A stretch of 64,000 nt of DNA from Candidatus Cloacimonadaceae bacterium (GTDB lineage Bacteria > Cloacimonadota > Cloacimonadia > Cloacimonadales > Cloacimonadaceae): assembly GCA_034678545.1 (NCBI GenBank), contig JAXDBS010000095.1:46248-110247 (forward strand), written 5' to 3'. The notes below the pieces were generated by a model that made no database searches, had not been told where the DNA came from, and was given only the letters and a program-made list of their open reading frames with translations. Of this stretch, positions 1 through 9,641 are shown piece by piece; the first letter of the stretch is position 1, and each line of letters opens with the position of its first letter. The translations under genes and the position numbers were made by a program.

Positions 1-847
1 TGTCCGGGTCCGGTTCCAGACGCAGGGGGAGGGGCTTCTCATTGGCGATAACGACTTGCGGGAAGGGGATCTCGATCCCGGCTGCAGAGAATTTCTCCCT
101 GACGGCGATGAGCAGCGCGGTTCTCAGCGCAGCATAGTTCTCCGCTTTTCCCCAGACGCCAAACAGAATATTAACACCGGATTCAGCCAGTTGGGTAACA
201 TGGACGTCGGCTTCAGGTACCTTCAGGGATAGCGGTTCCTGCAACGCGATCTCTTTCAGGACCTGCAGGACACTGTTGAGGTCATCACCATAGCCCACGG
301 AGAGTGTTAGATCCACGCGCCTCACATCGAATTTGGTCAGGTTGATCACTTCGGTTTTGATCATGTTTTCGTTGGGGATGCGGACAAAGCGGCTGTCAAA
401 TGTTTTCAGCTTGATGGAGAGCAGATCAATTGAGAGAACCGTACCCACTGTGGAGCCGACCTGTATGATGTCCCCTACTACAAAGGGTTTTTCCGAGATC
501 AGGAAAATGCCGCTGATGATATTGGCAAAGCTGGTTTGGGACGCGAACCCGATGGCGATGCCAAAGACGCCGGCCGCGCCCAGCAGGGCGGAAAGCTTGA
601 ACCCGAGTTCATTGAGGACGCTGACCAGAAGGATGAGGACACCCACATAATAGACGAATCGCTTGATCAGCATTTCGGACTGGTCGGAGAGCTTGTCACG
701 GATCAGGCGGCCGACCAGGTTGCGCAGAAAACGGATGAGCGGGATCCCGATCGCCAGGATCAGGATGATCCTGATGTAGAGTGAAAGGCGCTCGGGTGTG
801 ATAAGATCTGCCACGAATTTATGCAGATCCAGTAATGAAGAGGTCAT
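1..847 (-). CDS. MscS-family mechanosensitive channel; 3' end truncated by the window edge
   Basis: Absent from the ORF track because there is no in-window stop. Hand translation of the reverse strand from ATG 847-845 gives MTSSLLDLHKFVADLITPERLSLYIRIILILAIGIPLIRFLRN...LLGAAGVFGIAIGFASQTSFANIISGIFLISEKPFVVGDIIQVGSTVGTVLSIDLLSIKLKTFDSRFVRIPNENM...AAGIEIPFPQ, with no stop down to nt 1. This is the MscS TM3 plus beta-domain pattern. ATGA start/stop overlap with the upstream gene at 844-847. Confidence 0.8.
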   Translation of the reverse strand, partial: MTSSLLDLHKFVADLITPERLSLYIRIILILAIGIPLIRFLRNLVGRLIRDKLSDQSEMLIKRFVYYVGVLILLVSVLNELGFKLSALLGAAGVFGIAIGFASQTSFANIISGIFLISEKPFVVGDIIQVGSTVGTVLSIDLLSIKLKTFDSRFVRIPNENMIKTEVINLTKFDVRRVDLTLSVGYGDDLNSVLQVLKEIALQEPLSLKVPEADVHVTQLAESGVNILFGVWGKAENYAALRTALLIAVREKFSAAGIEIPFPQVVIANEKPLPLRLEPDPD

Positions 848-1605
848 GTTTCCTTCCCAAGGTCAGATTTTATTGTTTTCATTTTATCGTCTGGATACAG
901 GGTTTTAGGCAGAAAGGCGGGATTGGCGTTGGCAGCAGCCCTATACAGGTTATCAGCAACCCTCAGGCGCGGGAACTGCTTTTGCCAAAGGTGGATCTGT
1001 GCTTTTATCCAGGCGCGGCGGCTGTCTCCATCCAAGCCGCAGGTCCAGGAGGTTACAGGCGCTTGCCAGGCTCGGGCGTGGCGGGCTATGAATTTTTTCT
1101 CCGTATCGAACAGCGGCCTTACCAAGCGCAGCCGGCCGCCGAACAGTTCCTGCTCCGGCAGCAGGGTGCTGAGCTCGCGCTGGAAAAGCATATTAAGCAG
1201 CAGGGTCTGGATCATGTCGTCCCGGTGATGCGCAAAGGCCAGGGTGTCAAAACCGTTGGCAACGGCAAAGCGGCAGATCGTTTCACGCCGGAGCCGGCTG
1301 CAGATGTAACACTTGTTACCGCGCCGGACAGCTTTCACCTGCGTCAGGATATCAGTGTCGACGACTGTAAATTCTGACCGCTCCCGGCAGAAGTCAGCGA
1401 AGCCCAGGGGCGCGGTACCGTCCAACCGGATATGCAGGGAATGCAGCTGGGGTATGTGCAGCCGGTGCAGGCAGTCCAGCAGCACCAGGCTGTCCTTACC
1501 GCCGGAGACGCAGACCAGCAGCTTTTGATCGGGGCGGAAAAGGCGGCGGAGTCTGATCGTGTTTTGGACCTGTGACAGTAACTTCCTGGGAGGGGCTGGA
1601 CTCAT
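844..1605 (-). CDS. ttcA: PP-loop ATPase, TtcA-type tRNA 2-thiocytidine synthetase family
   Basis: SGGKDS PP-loop (VCVSGGKDSLVLL) and CYICSRLRR, matching the TtcA CxxCSRLRR cysteine motif. 253 aa. Confidence 0.7.
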   Translation of the reverse strand: MSPAPPRKLLSQVQNTIRLRRLFRPDQKLLVCVSGGKDSLVLLDCLHRLHIPQLHSLHIRLDGTAPLGFADFCRERSEFTVVDTDILTQVKAVRRGNKCYICSRLRRETICRFAVANGFDTLAFAHHRDDMIQTLLLNMLFQRELSTLLPEQELFGGRLRLVRPLFDTEKKFIARHARAWQAPVTSWTCGLDGDSRRAWIKAQIHLWQKQFPRLRVADNLYRAAANANPAFLPKTLYPDDKMKTIKSDLGKET

Positions 1606-1811
1606 TTACTTCGGTCAGTATAGTAGGCCTCGATCGTGAGCAGGAAACGCTCCAGTTCCTGCTTCAGGTTGCCGGCCAGGAAGGTTTTTTTATCTCCGTT
1701 GTCAAAGGTGACGACGATCCCGCCCAGGGCGGTTTGAACCTCGCGGATCTTGGGGATCAGGATGTAATCCTTGCCGGTGTGTTCGTCCTCGAATGTGTAT
1801 ATGGCTTTCAT
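1602..1811 (-). CDS. Hypothetical small protein (69 aa)
   Basis: ORF with a 4-nt ATGA overlap onto the ttcA-like start (1602-1605), suggesting translational coupling. No recognisable motif. Confidence 0.45.
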   Translation of the reverse strand: MKAIYTFEDEHTGKDYILIPKIREVQTALGGIVVTFDNGDKKTFLAGNLKQELERFLLTIEAYYTDRSK

Positions 1812-1933
1812 GGCGTCCTCGTTACAATTATTATAATGCTTGTCTGTGTCATTCCCTGCAGTAGGGGCGTCTGTAGTTCCGCAGTTCTCTGCGGGCTCTC
1901 AGCAATTTCAGGCAACGGCCCGTGTTGGTAACT

Positions 1934-2791
1934 CTATTTCTTTACAGTTATCATTTGGATGATCGCCTGGTTTTCCTGGTTGGGATTGTCCTTGGTATCG
2001 CGGGGCAGGGCTTCTATCTTGTGTACAATGTCCATACCCTTGGTGACCTTGCCGAATACTGTGTGTTTGCCGTCCAGCCAGTTGCAGCCTTCTTTTTTGG
2101 TCACGATGAAAAACTGGGAGCCGTTGGTGTTGGGGCCGCTGTTGGCCATGCAGATGGTTTCGTAAGCTACCGGGTGCTTGAGTGTGCGGTTGCTGTTATC
2201 CATGAGAGGCGGCATGCCGGTCTTCTCAGAAAAGAACTCAAAGGTCTTTTCCATGATGGGTTGACCGCTCTGCTTGGCCATTACTGAGTCAGCCACTGCC
2301 TTGACTTCGGGATCTGGGTCGGGTGCGGACTGCATGTAGGGCATGATGATGCTCTGCCAAACCTGGTGAGCCAGTTGTTCAGATACGATTTGTCCTGTGT
2401 AGGGGACACCTGCACCTGCGTAACACTCATCCTCGAAGCGGTAGTCAGGTCCTCCGGCGCCGTCATTGGAGCGGTCTCCGTCCTTGGTGTTGGGGTCGCC
2501 GCCCTGGATCATGAAATCCGGAATGACGCGGTGAAAATAGGTGTTTTCATAATATTTTTCATTGCTCAGTTTGACAAAATTATCCACGGCCTTGGGTGCC
2601 ATATCAGGCCATAATTCCAGGTCAATATCACCCTGGTTGGTATGAAGCGTAACCTTGACTTTGTTGGCGGTCAGATCTTTCATTTCATTCTCTTCCTTGT
2701 TCTTGGCGTTTTTGGCGCAGGCGTTGGACAGCAGGGCGGCAAAAACCGTCACCAGCACCATCAAATGCAGGCCTTTTCTGATATATTGCAT
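1934..2791 (-). CDS. Cyclophilin-type peptidyl-prolyl cis-trans isomerase, probable lipoprotein
   Basis: [14 protein letters not shown] and [15 protein letters not shown] cyclophilin signatures. I moved the start to ATG 2791 ([25 protein letters not shown], lipobox-like LSNAC), which has AGGAG 5 nt upstream at 2797-2801. Confidence 0.85.
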   Translation of the reverse strand: MQYIRKGLHLMVLVTVFAALLSNACAKNAKNKEENEMKDLTANKVKVTLHTNQGDIDLELWPDMAPKAVDNFVKLSNEKYYENTYFHRVIPDFMIQGGDPNTKDGDRSNDGAGGPDYRFEDECYAGAGVPYTGQIVSEQLAHQVWQSIIMPYMQSAPDPDPEVKAVADSVMAKQSGQPIMEKTFEFFSEKTGMPPLMDNSNRTLKHPVAYETICMANSGPNTNGSQFFIVTKKEGCNWLDGKHTVFGKVTKGMDIVHKIEALPRDTKDNPNQENQAIIQMITVKK

Positions 2792-2962
2792 GATCACTCC
2801 TCGCATTGTTGTATGCCCTTTACGATTTCGGTTAATGCCAACTAATTGAAGGGGTGATTTTCTGCAATGGATTTCTGCCGTAAAGGCATAAATATCTTTT
2901 CTGAAGCAGTGCGGACACACCTCTGCAATCGGTAAACGGTTAACAATTCTGGCAGTAAAATC

Positions 2963-3208
2963 CTACCGGCTGCTTCTGAAGGCGGCGGGAACGGAGACAG
3001 CCCGACCGGGCAGTTCTTCAGCTTCACTCAGAAAAGTGGATTCGAAAGCGTAGTTATGAAAGAAAATGATCTGCTTGTTGCGGTACAGGGTGATGACCAG
3101 GATCGGCTCGTCCGGGGTTTCCCCAGTCTCCACCTTAATACTGTCATAATCACAGGGCGGGACAAACATCCCGTCGATCATGGACCGTAGTTTTTTTTGC
3201 ATGTACAT
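2963..3208 (-). CDS. Hypothetical small protein
   Basis: ORF 2963-3235. ATG at 3208 is preceded by GGGAGG (3214-3219). No recognisable family. Confidence 0.35.
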   Translation of the reverse strand: MYMQKKLRSMIDGMFVPPCDYDSIKVETGETPDEPILVITLYRNKQIIFFHNYAFESTFLSEAEELPGRAVSVPAAFRSSR

Positions 3209-3361
3209 AGCGTCCTCCCTTCCGATATAATTCAACCTTAACTAGTATACAGCCAAAGTTGAGCCAAACCTGCAGGAGCCCACTTTCTTGTTGCAGGAGT
3301 TTAGGATAGGTGAGTTTAAACGCTACCATAACTTAAGAAAAAAGTAACTCTGCGTACCGGT

Positions 3362-3383
3362 GGCAGTAATAATTATTACTGCC
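3362..3383 (-). terminator. Perfect 22-bp palindrome downstream of the RND permease; weak terminator candidate
   Basis: GGCAGTAATAATTATTACTGCC lies 59 nt after the stop at 3443. On the minus strand the T-run (acttttttc) begins only about 16 nt after the stem, so it is non-canonical. Confidence 0.3.
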
Positions 3384-3442
3384 CGGTCATGGGATGTTCT
3401 TACTTCAATAATGTGATTTCTCTACACATGCGGTTGGGCAAC

Positions 3443-6400
3443 TCAGGGTCGGGATGCCTGATCCGATCGCCTGCCTTTTCCTGATCTCTCTTCAAAGTAG
3501 GAATAAACAACCGGTATCAGAACCAGCGTGATCAGGGTTGAACTGAGCAATCCTCCGACCACAGCCCGGGCCAGGGGGGCCTGCGCTTCGCCGCCTTCGC
3601 CCAGGCCGATGGCCATGGGGAGCAGTCCCAGCATCGTTGTGCTGGCTGTCATCAGGACAGGGCGCAAGCGCCGCCTGCCCGCCTCTTCAATGGCAGCATG
3701 CACATTCATGCCGTCCCGCCGGCGCAGCAGATTCATGGTATCAACCAGCAGAATCGCGTTGTTGACCACAATTCCAGCCAGCATAATGATCCCTATATAG
3801 GATTGGATATTGAAAGTGGTCCCGGTCAGGAACAGGATCAGGACAACTCCGATGATGGCGAAGGGAACGGAGAACATGACGACAAAGGGATCCCGCAGGG
3901 ATTCATACTGGCTGGCCATGACCATATAGACCAGGATCAGGGCCAGCACAAAGCCCAGGAGCAGTTCCCGGAAGGACTTCTGCTGTTCCTCGTAATCTCC
4001 GCCAAAGACCACGGCAAAATCCTCGGGAATGGCCACTCCCCTGAGTTTGGTCCTGACCTCGCTGATGACGGATCCCATGTCCCGGCCGCCGATATTGGCA
4101 TTGATGGAAGAAATTCTCTCCTGGTCCTGGCGTTCGATTTCGACCGCTCCCAAGCCGGATTTCAGGGTGACAGCGTTGCGTAGCACTACCGGTTGCCCCT
4201 GCTGATTGGTGATGGTAAGATTCAGGACCTCTTCCAGGCTTTGTTTATCCTCGTCCTCAACCTGCATCAGAATTGTGAATTCCTTGCCGCCCTCGCGGTA
4301 AACTCCCGCGTTGGAACCTGACAGCACTATCTGCAGCATGCGGGCGATCTGCTGCACGCTCAGACCCAGCTCCGCGGCTTTTTCCCTGTCCACAACGACC
4401 AGTTCCTCAGGCGTTCCGGTGGAACGGCTGATGTTGCTGTCAGTTACGCCTTCCACGGAATCAACGATCTTTTTGATCTGGCGGGCCAGCCGGGAGGCTT
4501 TCTCCAGGTCGTGGCCCCGGATGATTATCTCCAGCCGTCCGGCAGAGCCTTGCAGAGCGCGGAATGCCATCATGGTCGAGACGGCGAAGACGCGGACCTT
4601 GGTCCCCGGCAGGCTGCCCAGTAGTTTTCTCAATTGGTTGCCGACCTCTTCGCTGGAACGCTTTCTCTCTGCCAGGGGGACCAGCGAAATCCTCATGGAA
4701 CCGGTGTGCGACAAGGCGGCGCCCCAGCCTCCGCCCCCTGTGGAACTCACCATGTTTTTGATTTCGGGAACAGCCTTGGCGGCGATCGCTTCGATTTCCT
4801 TCATCCGGGCATCAGTGATCTCCAGTTTGGTCCCTGTTTCCAGTTCGACGTTGACGCGGATCTCGCCCTCGTCGGTCTCCGGCATCAGCTCAGACCCCAC
4901 CAGCGGGATCAGCAGCAGGCTCAGGCCCAGCGCCGCTATTGCCGATACGGCTGTGATCATCCTGTGCCTGAGCGCCAGGTGCAGCAGCTGTTTATAATTG
5001 TTTTCCAGGTTGGTGAAGAATCTGCCTGTGGCATGAAATATCCTGTCTCTGATACTCTCCCGGGAGGTGGAATCGGAATTGTTAACGGTCAGCAGTTTGC
5101 TGGCCAGGACCGGAACGATGGTCAGGGCCGTTATCATGGAACAGAAAATGGAAAATGCCACCACATAGGATAGCTGTTTAAACATGACTCCGGACATGCC
5201 CCGCATGAAGATCAGAGGCAGGAAAACCACGATAGTCGTGATCGTGGCCGCAATGATCGGGGCCGTCACTTCCCTGGAGCCTTCGATGGCAGCCTGTTTC
5301 CGGACCAAGCCCTGCTCCCGCAGGCGATAGATGTTTTCCAGCACCACGATCGAATTGTCCAGCAGCATGCCCACGCCCAGCGCCAGGCCTCCCAGGGTCA
5401 TGATATTGAGAGTGAAACCGCTGAAGTACAGCAGGCCGAAAGTCGCTATGATGGAGATGGGGATTGCCGTGGAGATGATCGCCGTGCTTCTGACGTTGCG
5501 CAGGAAGATCAGCAGGACGATGATGGCCAGCAGGCCTCCGAACACAGCTGCCAGGCCCACATTGCGGATGGAGCGGCGGATATAAACGGAGCTGTCGTTG
5601 ATGGTGACAAGTTTTACCTGCCGGATGTCGGCATTGATCCTTTCCACCTCGGCCAGGGCGGCTTTGGCGACTGCCACCGTATTGGTTCCTGATTGCTTGT
5701 TGATCGAGATCTGGATCCCCGGCACTCCGTTGACTCTTGTGTGGCGGGTGATCCTGGTCCAGGCGTCATCCACTTGCGCAAGCTGGCTCAACGTTATGAC
5801 GCTGCCGCCCCGCTCTAAAACCACGCAGTTTTCCAGTTCTTCAAGACTGTTGAATTCGCCGGGGGTGCGGATCACGATTTCTTTGTTGCCGGATATGACC
5901 GATCCGGCCGGCAGGTTGATGTTGGCGGCTTTGATCGCGGAGATTATCTGGTCCAGCGGCACTTTCAGGGCCTTGATCTTATCCGGGTCCAGATTGATAT
6001 GAATTTCGCGTTCCAGACCTCCCCGGACGCTGATGGCCGCCACCCCCGGGACACGCTCCAGCCTGTATTGGATCTGGTTGTCGATCAGTTGCCTGAGCTG
6101 CAGCGGGGGCAGATTGCTGGTAACACCCAGCATCAGGATGGGCGTGGCCGATAGGTCAAACTTGAACAGGACCGGTCGGGAGGTTTCATCCGGCAAAGCT
6201 GAGATCACCCTGTCCAGCCTGTCTCGCACGTCGTTGGAGGCCGTGTCCAGGTTGGTGCCCCAGTTGAAGGAGATGCGCACGCTGCTGTTGCCTTCGCTGC
6301 TTTCTGATTCGATCGATTCGACTCCCGGCACGGCTGCCAGGGACTGCTCGATCGGACGGGTCACCAGTTCCTCCATTTCCTCCGGACTGGCGTTGCCGTA

Positions 6401-6550
6401 GCTGGTCGAGACGCTCAGGGATGGGAAGGTGACGTCCGGCATCAGGTCTATGGGAAGGCGCAGGAAGGCTATCCCCCCCAGTATGATTACGATCAAAGTC
6501 AGCATGATCGTGAAGACGGGGCGATTGACTGCCAGTTCGGAAAGGCTCAT
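3443..6550 (-). CDS. RND efflux transporter permease (AcrB/HAE-type), 1035 aa
   Basis: Length and 12-TM architecture with two large periplasmic loops. N-terminus MSLSELAVNRPVFTIMLTLIVIILGGIAFLRLPIDLMPDVTFP is typical of AcrB-family pumps. 4-nt overlap with the adaptor gene. Confidence 0.9.
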   Translation of the reverse strand: MSLSELAVNRPVFTIMLTLIVIILGGIAFLRLPIDLMPDVTFPSLSVSTSYGNASPEEMEELVTRPIEQSLAAVPGVESIESESSEGNSSVRISFNWGTNLDTASNDVRDRLDRVISALPDETSRPVLFKFDLSATPILMLGVTSNLPPLQLRQLIDNQIQYRLERVPGVAAISVRGGLEREIHINLDPDKIKALKVPLDQIISAIKAANINLPAGSVISGNKEIVIRTPGEFNSLEELENCVVLERGGSVITLSQLAQVDDAWTRITRHTRVNGVPGIQISINKQSGTNTVAVAKAALAEVERINADIRQVKLVTINDSSVYIRRSIRNVGLAAVFGGLLAIIVLLIFLRNVRSTAIISTAIPISIIATFGLLYFSGFTLNIMTLGGLALGVGMLLDNSIVVLENIYRLREQGLVRKQAAIEGSREVTAPIIAATITTIVVFLPLIFMRGMSGVMFKQLSYVVAFSIFCSMITALTIVPVLASKLLTVNNSDSTSRESIRDRIFHATGRFFTNLENNYKQLLHLALRHRMITAVSAIAALGLSLLLIPLVGSELMPETDEGEIRVNVELETGTKLEITDARMKEIEAIAAKAVPEIKNMVSSTGGGGWGAALSHTGSMRISLVPLAERKRSSEEVGNQLRKLLGSLPGTKVRVFAVSTMMAFRALQGSAGRLEIIIRGHDLEKASRLARQIKKIVDSVEGVTDSNISRSTGTPEELVVVDREKAAELGLSVQQIARMLQIVLSGSNAGVYREGGKEFTILMQVEDEDKQSLEEVLNLTITNQQGQPVVLRNAVTLKSGLGAVEIERQDQERISSINANIGGRDMGSVISEVRTKLRGVAIPEDFAVVFGGDYEEQQKSFRELLLGFVLALILVYMVMASQYESLRDPFVVMFSVPFAIIGVVLILFLTGTTFNIQSYIGIIMLAGIVVNNAILLVDTMNLLRRRDGMNVHAAIEEAGRRRLRPVLMTASTTMLGLLPMAIGLGEGGEAQAPLARAVVGGLLSSTLITLVLIPVVYSYFEERSGKGRRSDQASRP

Positions 6551-7752
6551 GGCCTGGCCCCGCGTTTGTCCGGCTTGCCTGGATTGTTATTGTTCTGCGC
6601 CAGGCTGATGCTGCCTCCGTCCTGCAGCTGTTCCTGACCCAGGATGACAATCTCTCCAGACAGTTCAGGTTCCACCACTTCGGCGTTTTGCGCGTCCCGG
6701 ATGCCGGTTTTCAACGGAACGAACCTGGCGGTCAGTTTTTCTTTGTCAGCCAAAAAAACTCCCTGTTGGCCGTCGCGCTCGACCAAAGCCGCCAAGGGGA
6801 CCACAGGCACGTCCTTGTGTTCGGAATATATGATCGAGACCCGGACGAACATGCCCGGCTTGAGCAGGCCATCAGGATTGGGAATTTCAATTTCGGCCCG
6901 GGCCTGTCTGGACGACTCCTGCAATACGGGCGCCAGCCTGGCCAGCCGGCCCGGAAAAATCTTATCCGGATAGGCGTCAGTTGTTATGTCCACCGCCTGG
7001 TCGGCGCGGATACGGACATAATCCTTTTCTATGACGTCGATCTCTGCGGTTACGGAGCTGTTGTCAACCAGGGTCAGGATTGGGGTGTTGGCTGTCAAAA
7101 TGTCTCCCTCGTCGGCGAAGATCTCTCCCACCAGGCGGGTCTTGCCGCCGCCGGACCAGGAGGCTTTTATTTTTGTATACGAATATTGGATCTCGGCTTT
7201 GGTCAGGGCGGCCTGGGCTTTCCTTACTTCTGCCAGGGCAATTTCGTGTTTGGCCCGGGTTGCGGCATAATCGGCATCAGCTTTATCCATTGCCCCCTGG
7301 GATTCGTAGTTTTGTTCAAACAACCGTTTTACGGTCTGCCAGGCGCCTTCCTCAGCTTTCATCGCCAGGCGCAACTGCTCCACCTGGGCCTGGGCAACTG
7401 CCAGAGCTGCGCGGTTTTGTTCCAACTCCTGCTGGTAAAGGGAAGCGTCCATTTCTGCGATGACCTGGCCATTGCTTACTCTGTCGCCCAGATGTACCAG
7501 CAGCCTTTCCAGCCTGCCGGACAACTGGGGCGCCACAGTGTAGGTGGCATTGGATTTAAGTGAGCCGCCAAATCTTCCAACATCCTGCATGGCCGCCAGG
7601 CGCACCGGCGCAGTCTCGACTGGAACGGTGAATCTGTCTCTGGGCTTTCCGCCGGGTCCGGCTTCCGCCTTTTTATCTGATACCGTCTGTATTATCCGCC
7701 AGCCGATCAGGGCCACCAGTACAATCACAACGATCCACAGTACCTTTTTCAT
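6547..7752 (-). CDS. RND efflux periplasmic adaptor (HlyD/MFP family)
   Basis: N-terminal TM anchor, coiled-coil hairpin region (LEQNRAALAVAQAQVEQLRLAMKAEE...) and beta-barrel region. Translationally coupled to the RND permease. Confidence 0.85.
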   Translation of the reverse strand: MKKVLWIVVIVLVALIGWRIIQTVSDKKAEAGPGGKPRDRFTVPVETAPVRLAAMQDVGRFGGSLKSNATYTVAPQLSGRLERLLVHLGDRVSNGQVIAEMDASLYQQELEQNRAALAVAQAQVEQLRLAMKAEEGAWQTVKRLFEQNYESQGAMDKADADYAATRAKHEIALAEVRKAQAALTKAEIQYSYTKIKASWSGGGKTRLVGEIFADEGDILTANTPILTLVDNSSVTAEIDVIEKDYVRIRADQAVDITTDAYPDKIFPGRLARLAPVLQESSRQARAEIEIPNPDGLLKPGMFVRVSIIYSEHKDVPVVPLAALVERDGQQGVFLADKEKLTARFVPLKTGIRDAQNAEVVEPELSGEIVILGQEQLQDGGSISLAQNNNNPGKPDKRGARP

Positions 7753-7821
7753 TGGTTACTCCTGTCTGATGCATTAATATTCAACCCGTTCCGGATACCT
7801 CAGCATGGGTGTTAAATGGTT

Positions 7822-7837
7822 TGCATTTTTCTATCCA
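7822..7837 (-). promoter_or_regulatory. Weak sigma-54-type (-24/-12) promoter candidate upstream of the RND operon
   Basis: The minus strand reads TTGGATAGAAAAATGCA. GG and GC have the canonical GG-N10-GC spacing and -12 is TGCA, but -24 is TGGATA instead of TGGCAC. The -12 element is about 70 nt upstream of ATG 7752 and directly downstream of the sigma-54 activator gene. Confidence 0.25.
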
Positions 7838-8105
7838 ATCTGGCTGTTTTCCGGTCAAGCTTTTTCTGAGACCGGATGTTGTTGTCTCGTATCAAAGGAT
7901 GTTTTTCGCTTTCTTCTGCCGATTTCTCAGTGAAGGATATAACTTCAGGCTGGAATCTTGATGTCGATCGGAATCCTGTTTTTCTGGTATAATTGAAACA
8001 TTGATTTCTATATTAGTCAATCCCATCTGGATATTCTGTTGGCAGCCAGCCAATTTACTGGCTGGTTGGGAGGGATGCTGCCAGGAAACTCCTCAGGCGT
8101 TGATT

Positions 8106-9641
8106 TCACTGGATACCCAGCGCCTTTAACCTCGCCCGGAACGTATGCGGCTGCAGTTTGAGCAGGCGGGCGGCACGGGAGGCGTTGCCGCGGGCTTTGC
8201 TGAGCGCGGCGCGGTAGTAGAGGGGCAGGATCTCCTTTTCCAGGTCGATCCCGTCGTCCGGGATGGAGATGGAAACTTCAGGTCCGTCGGTGACGCTTTT
8301 GCATTCTATGTCCTCTGGCCGGATGGTATCGTTCTTGCAGTTGATGCAGGCGATCTGGATGATGTTGCGCAGTTCGCGCACGTTGCCCTTCCAGGTATGG
8401 GCCAGCAGGATCTTTTCCGCGGGCGGGGAGAGCTTTTTCTGCGTCTGGTGCTGGTGGTTGAAGAGCCGGATGAAGTGCCCGGCCAGCAGCAGGATGTCCG
8501 TGCCGCGAGTGCGCAGGGGCGGCAGGCCGATCTCATAATTGACGATGCGGTAAAACAAGTCTTCCCGGAATTTGCCTTCGTACACCAGGTCACGCAGGTT
8601 TCTGTTGCTGGCGGTCAGCAGCCTCACGTTGACCTTGGCGACGCGCCCGCCCACAGGAGTGATCTCGCCGCTTTCCAGCACCCGCAGCAGCTTCACCTGC
8701 ATGCTCAGGGGCAGGTCCGCCACCTCGTCCAGGAAGAGGGTGCCGGTGTCCGCGTCCTTGAAATAGCCGGGATGGTCGGCAATAGCGCCCGTGAAGGAAC
8801 CTTTTCTATGGCCGAAGAATTCGCTTTCGAACAGGTTTTCGCTGATGGAGCCGCAGTTCACCGGGATGAAGGGTTTCATTTTCCGGATGCTCTGCCGGTG
8901 GATGAGCCGGGCCACGACCTCTTTGCCGGTGCCGCTTTCCCCGCTGATGTGGACGGGCAGGTCATACCTGGAGATGGTGTTGATCATGTTCTTGACGCTC
9001 TGGATGGAGTCGCAGTTGCCGATAAAATTCTCAAACTCATGCTCGACCATCTGCTTCAGCATCACGTTTTCCCGGCTCAGGCGGGTGGCCTCCACCACTA
9101 TGTAATCAATGGCCTCTTCTTTTTCCACCCCGGTTTTTTTGCGGGTGTCGCGCGGGCTTTCCAGAGAGTAACAGACACGCTCCATCTGGGGAAAGTCATT
9201 GAGGCGGAAGGAGATCGGCGTGACGCCCTGCTCCCGGGAACTTTGGATCAGTTCCGCTTGGATGATCCCGCCCTGCTTGAGCAGCACCCAGCAGGAATGC
9301 ATGGTGGGCGTGCCCGAGGTGACAGACACGGTGAACTGCGTTGTTTTGGGATTTTCCTTTTTCAGGATGTTGGTCACGGCATTGTACATGGCGGGATAGA
9401 CCAGGTTGTAATCGATGGGGTCCAGCGTCACTGCCGGTTCAAAGAACACCTGCAGGGCGGGGAACTTCGCCTTGCACCAGTCACGGATCTCGTAAGCGTG
9501 CTCCAGGTAGGCTTCCTTGTTGAACAGGATGTAGAGCGCGTCAAAGGGCCGCTCCCTCAGGATGCTGACAATGGCGCCCTCCTTCCCTTCGCTCAGGTAG
9601 CAGTCATTGTTCCCGATAAAACTCAACAATGCTTTCTTCAT
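8106..9641 (-). CDS. Sigma-54-dependent transcriptional activator with an RtcR-like N-terminal CARF domain
   Basis: AAA+ bEBP core: GESGTGKEVVARLIH (Walker A), GSFTGA (GAFTGA loop), TLFLDEV (Walker B). C-terminal Fis-type HTH: GNASRAARLLKLQPHTFRARLKALGI. The N-terminal ~155 aa (LLSFIGNNDCY...VSVTSGTPTMHSCWVLLKQGGIIQAELIQSS) parallels the E. coli RtcR CARF domain (FGFVGTVLDY...IHITTGTHVAQICWFLLAEARYLPARLIQSS, from memory). Start moved to ATG 9641 (GGGAGA 7 nt upstream); the track start at 9656 is a TTG. Confidence 0.85.
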   Translation of the reverse strand: MKKALLSFIGNNDCYLSEGKEGAIVSILRERPFDALYILFNKEAYLEHAYEIRDWCKAKFPALQVFFEPAVTLDPIDYNLVYPAMYNAVTNILKKENPKTTQFTVSVTSGTPTMHSCWVLLKQGGIIQAELIQSSREQGVTPISFRLNDFPQMERVCYSLESPRDTRKKTGVEKEEAIDYIVVEATRLSRENVMLKQMVEHEFENFIGNCDSIQSVKNMINTISRYDLPVHISGESGTGKEVVARLIHRQSIRKMKPFIPVNCGSISENLFESEFFGHRKGSFTGAIADHPGYFKDADTGTLFLDEVADLPLSMQVKLLRVLESGEITPVGGRVAKVNVRLLTASNRNLRDLVYEGKFREDLFYRIVNYEIGLPPLRTRGTDILLLAGHFIRLFNHQHQTQKKLSPPAEKILLAHTWKGNVRELRNIIQIACINCKNDTIRPEDIECKSVTDGPEVSISIPDDGIDLEKEILPLYYRAALSKARGNASRAARLLKLQPHTFRARLKALGIQ

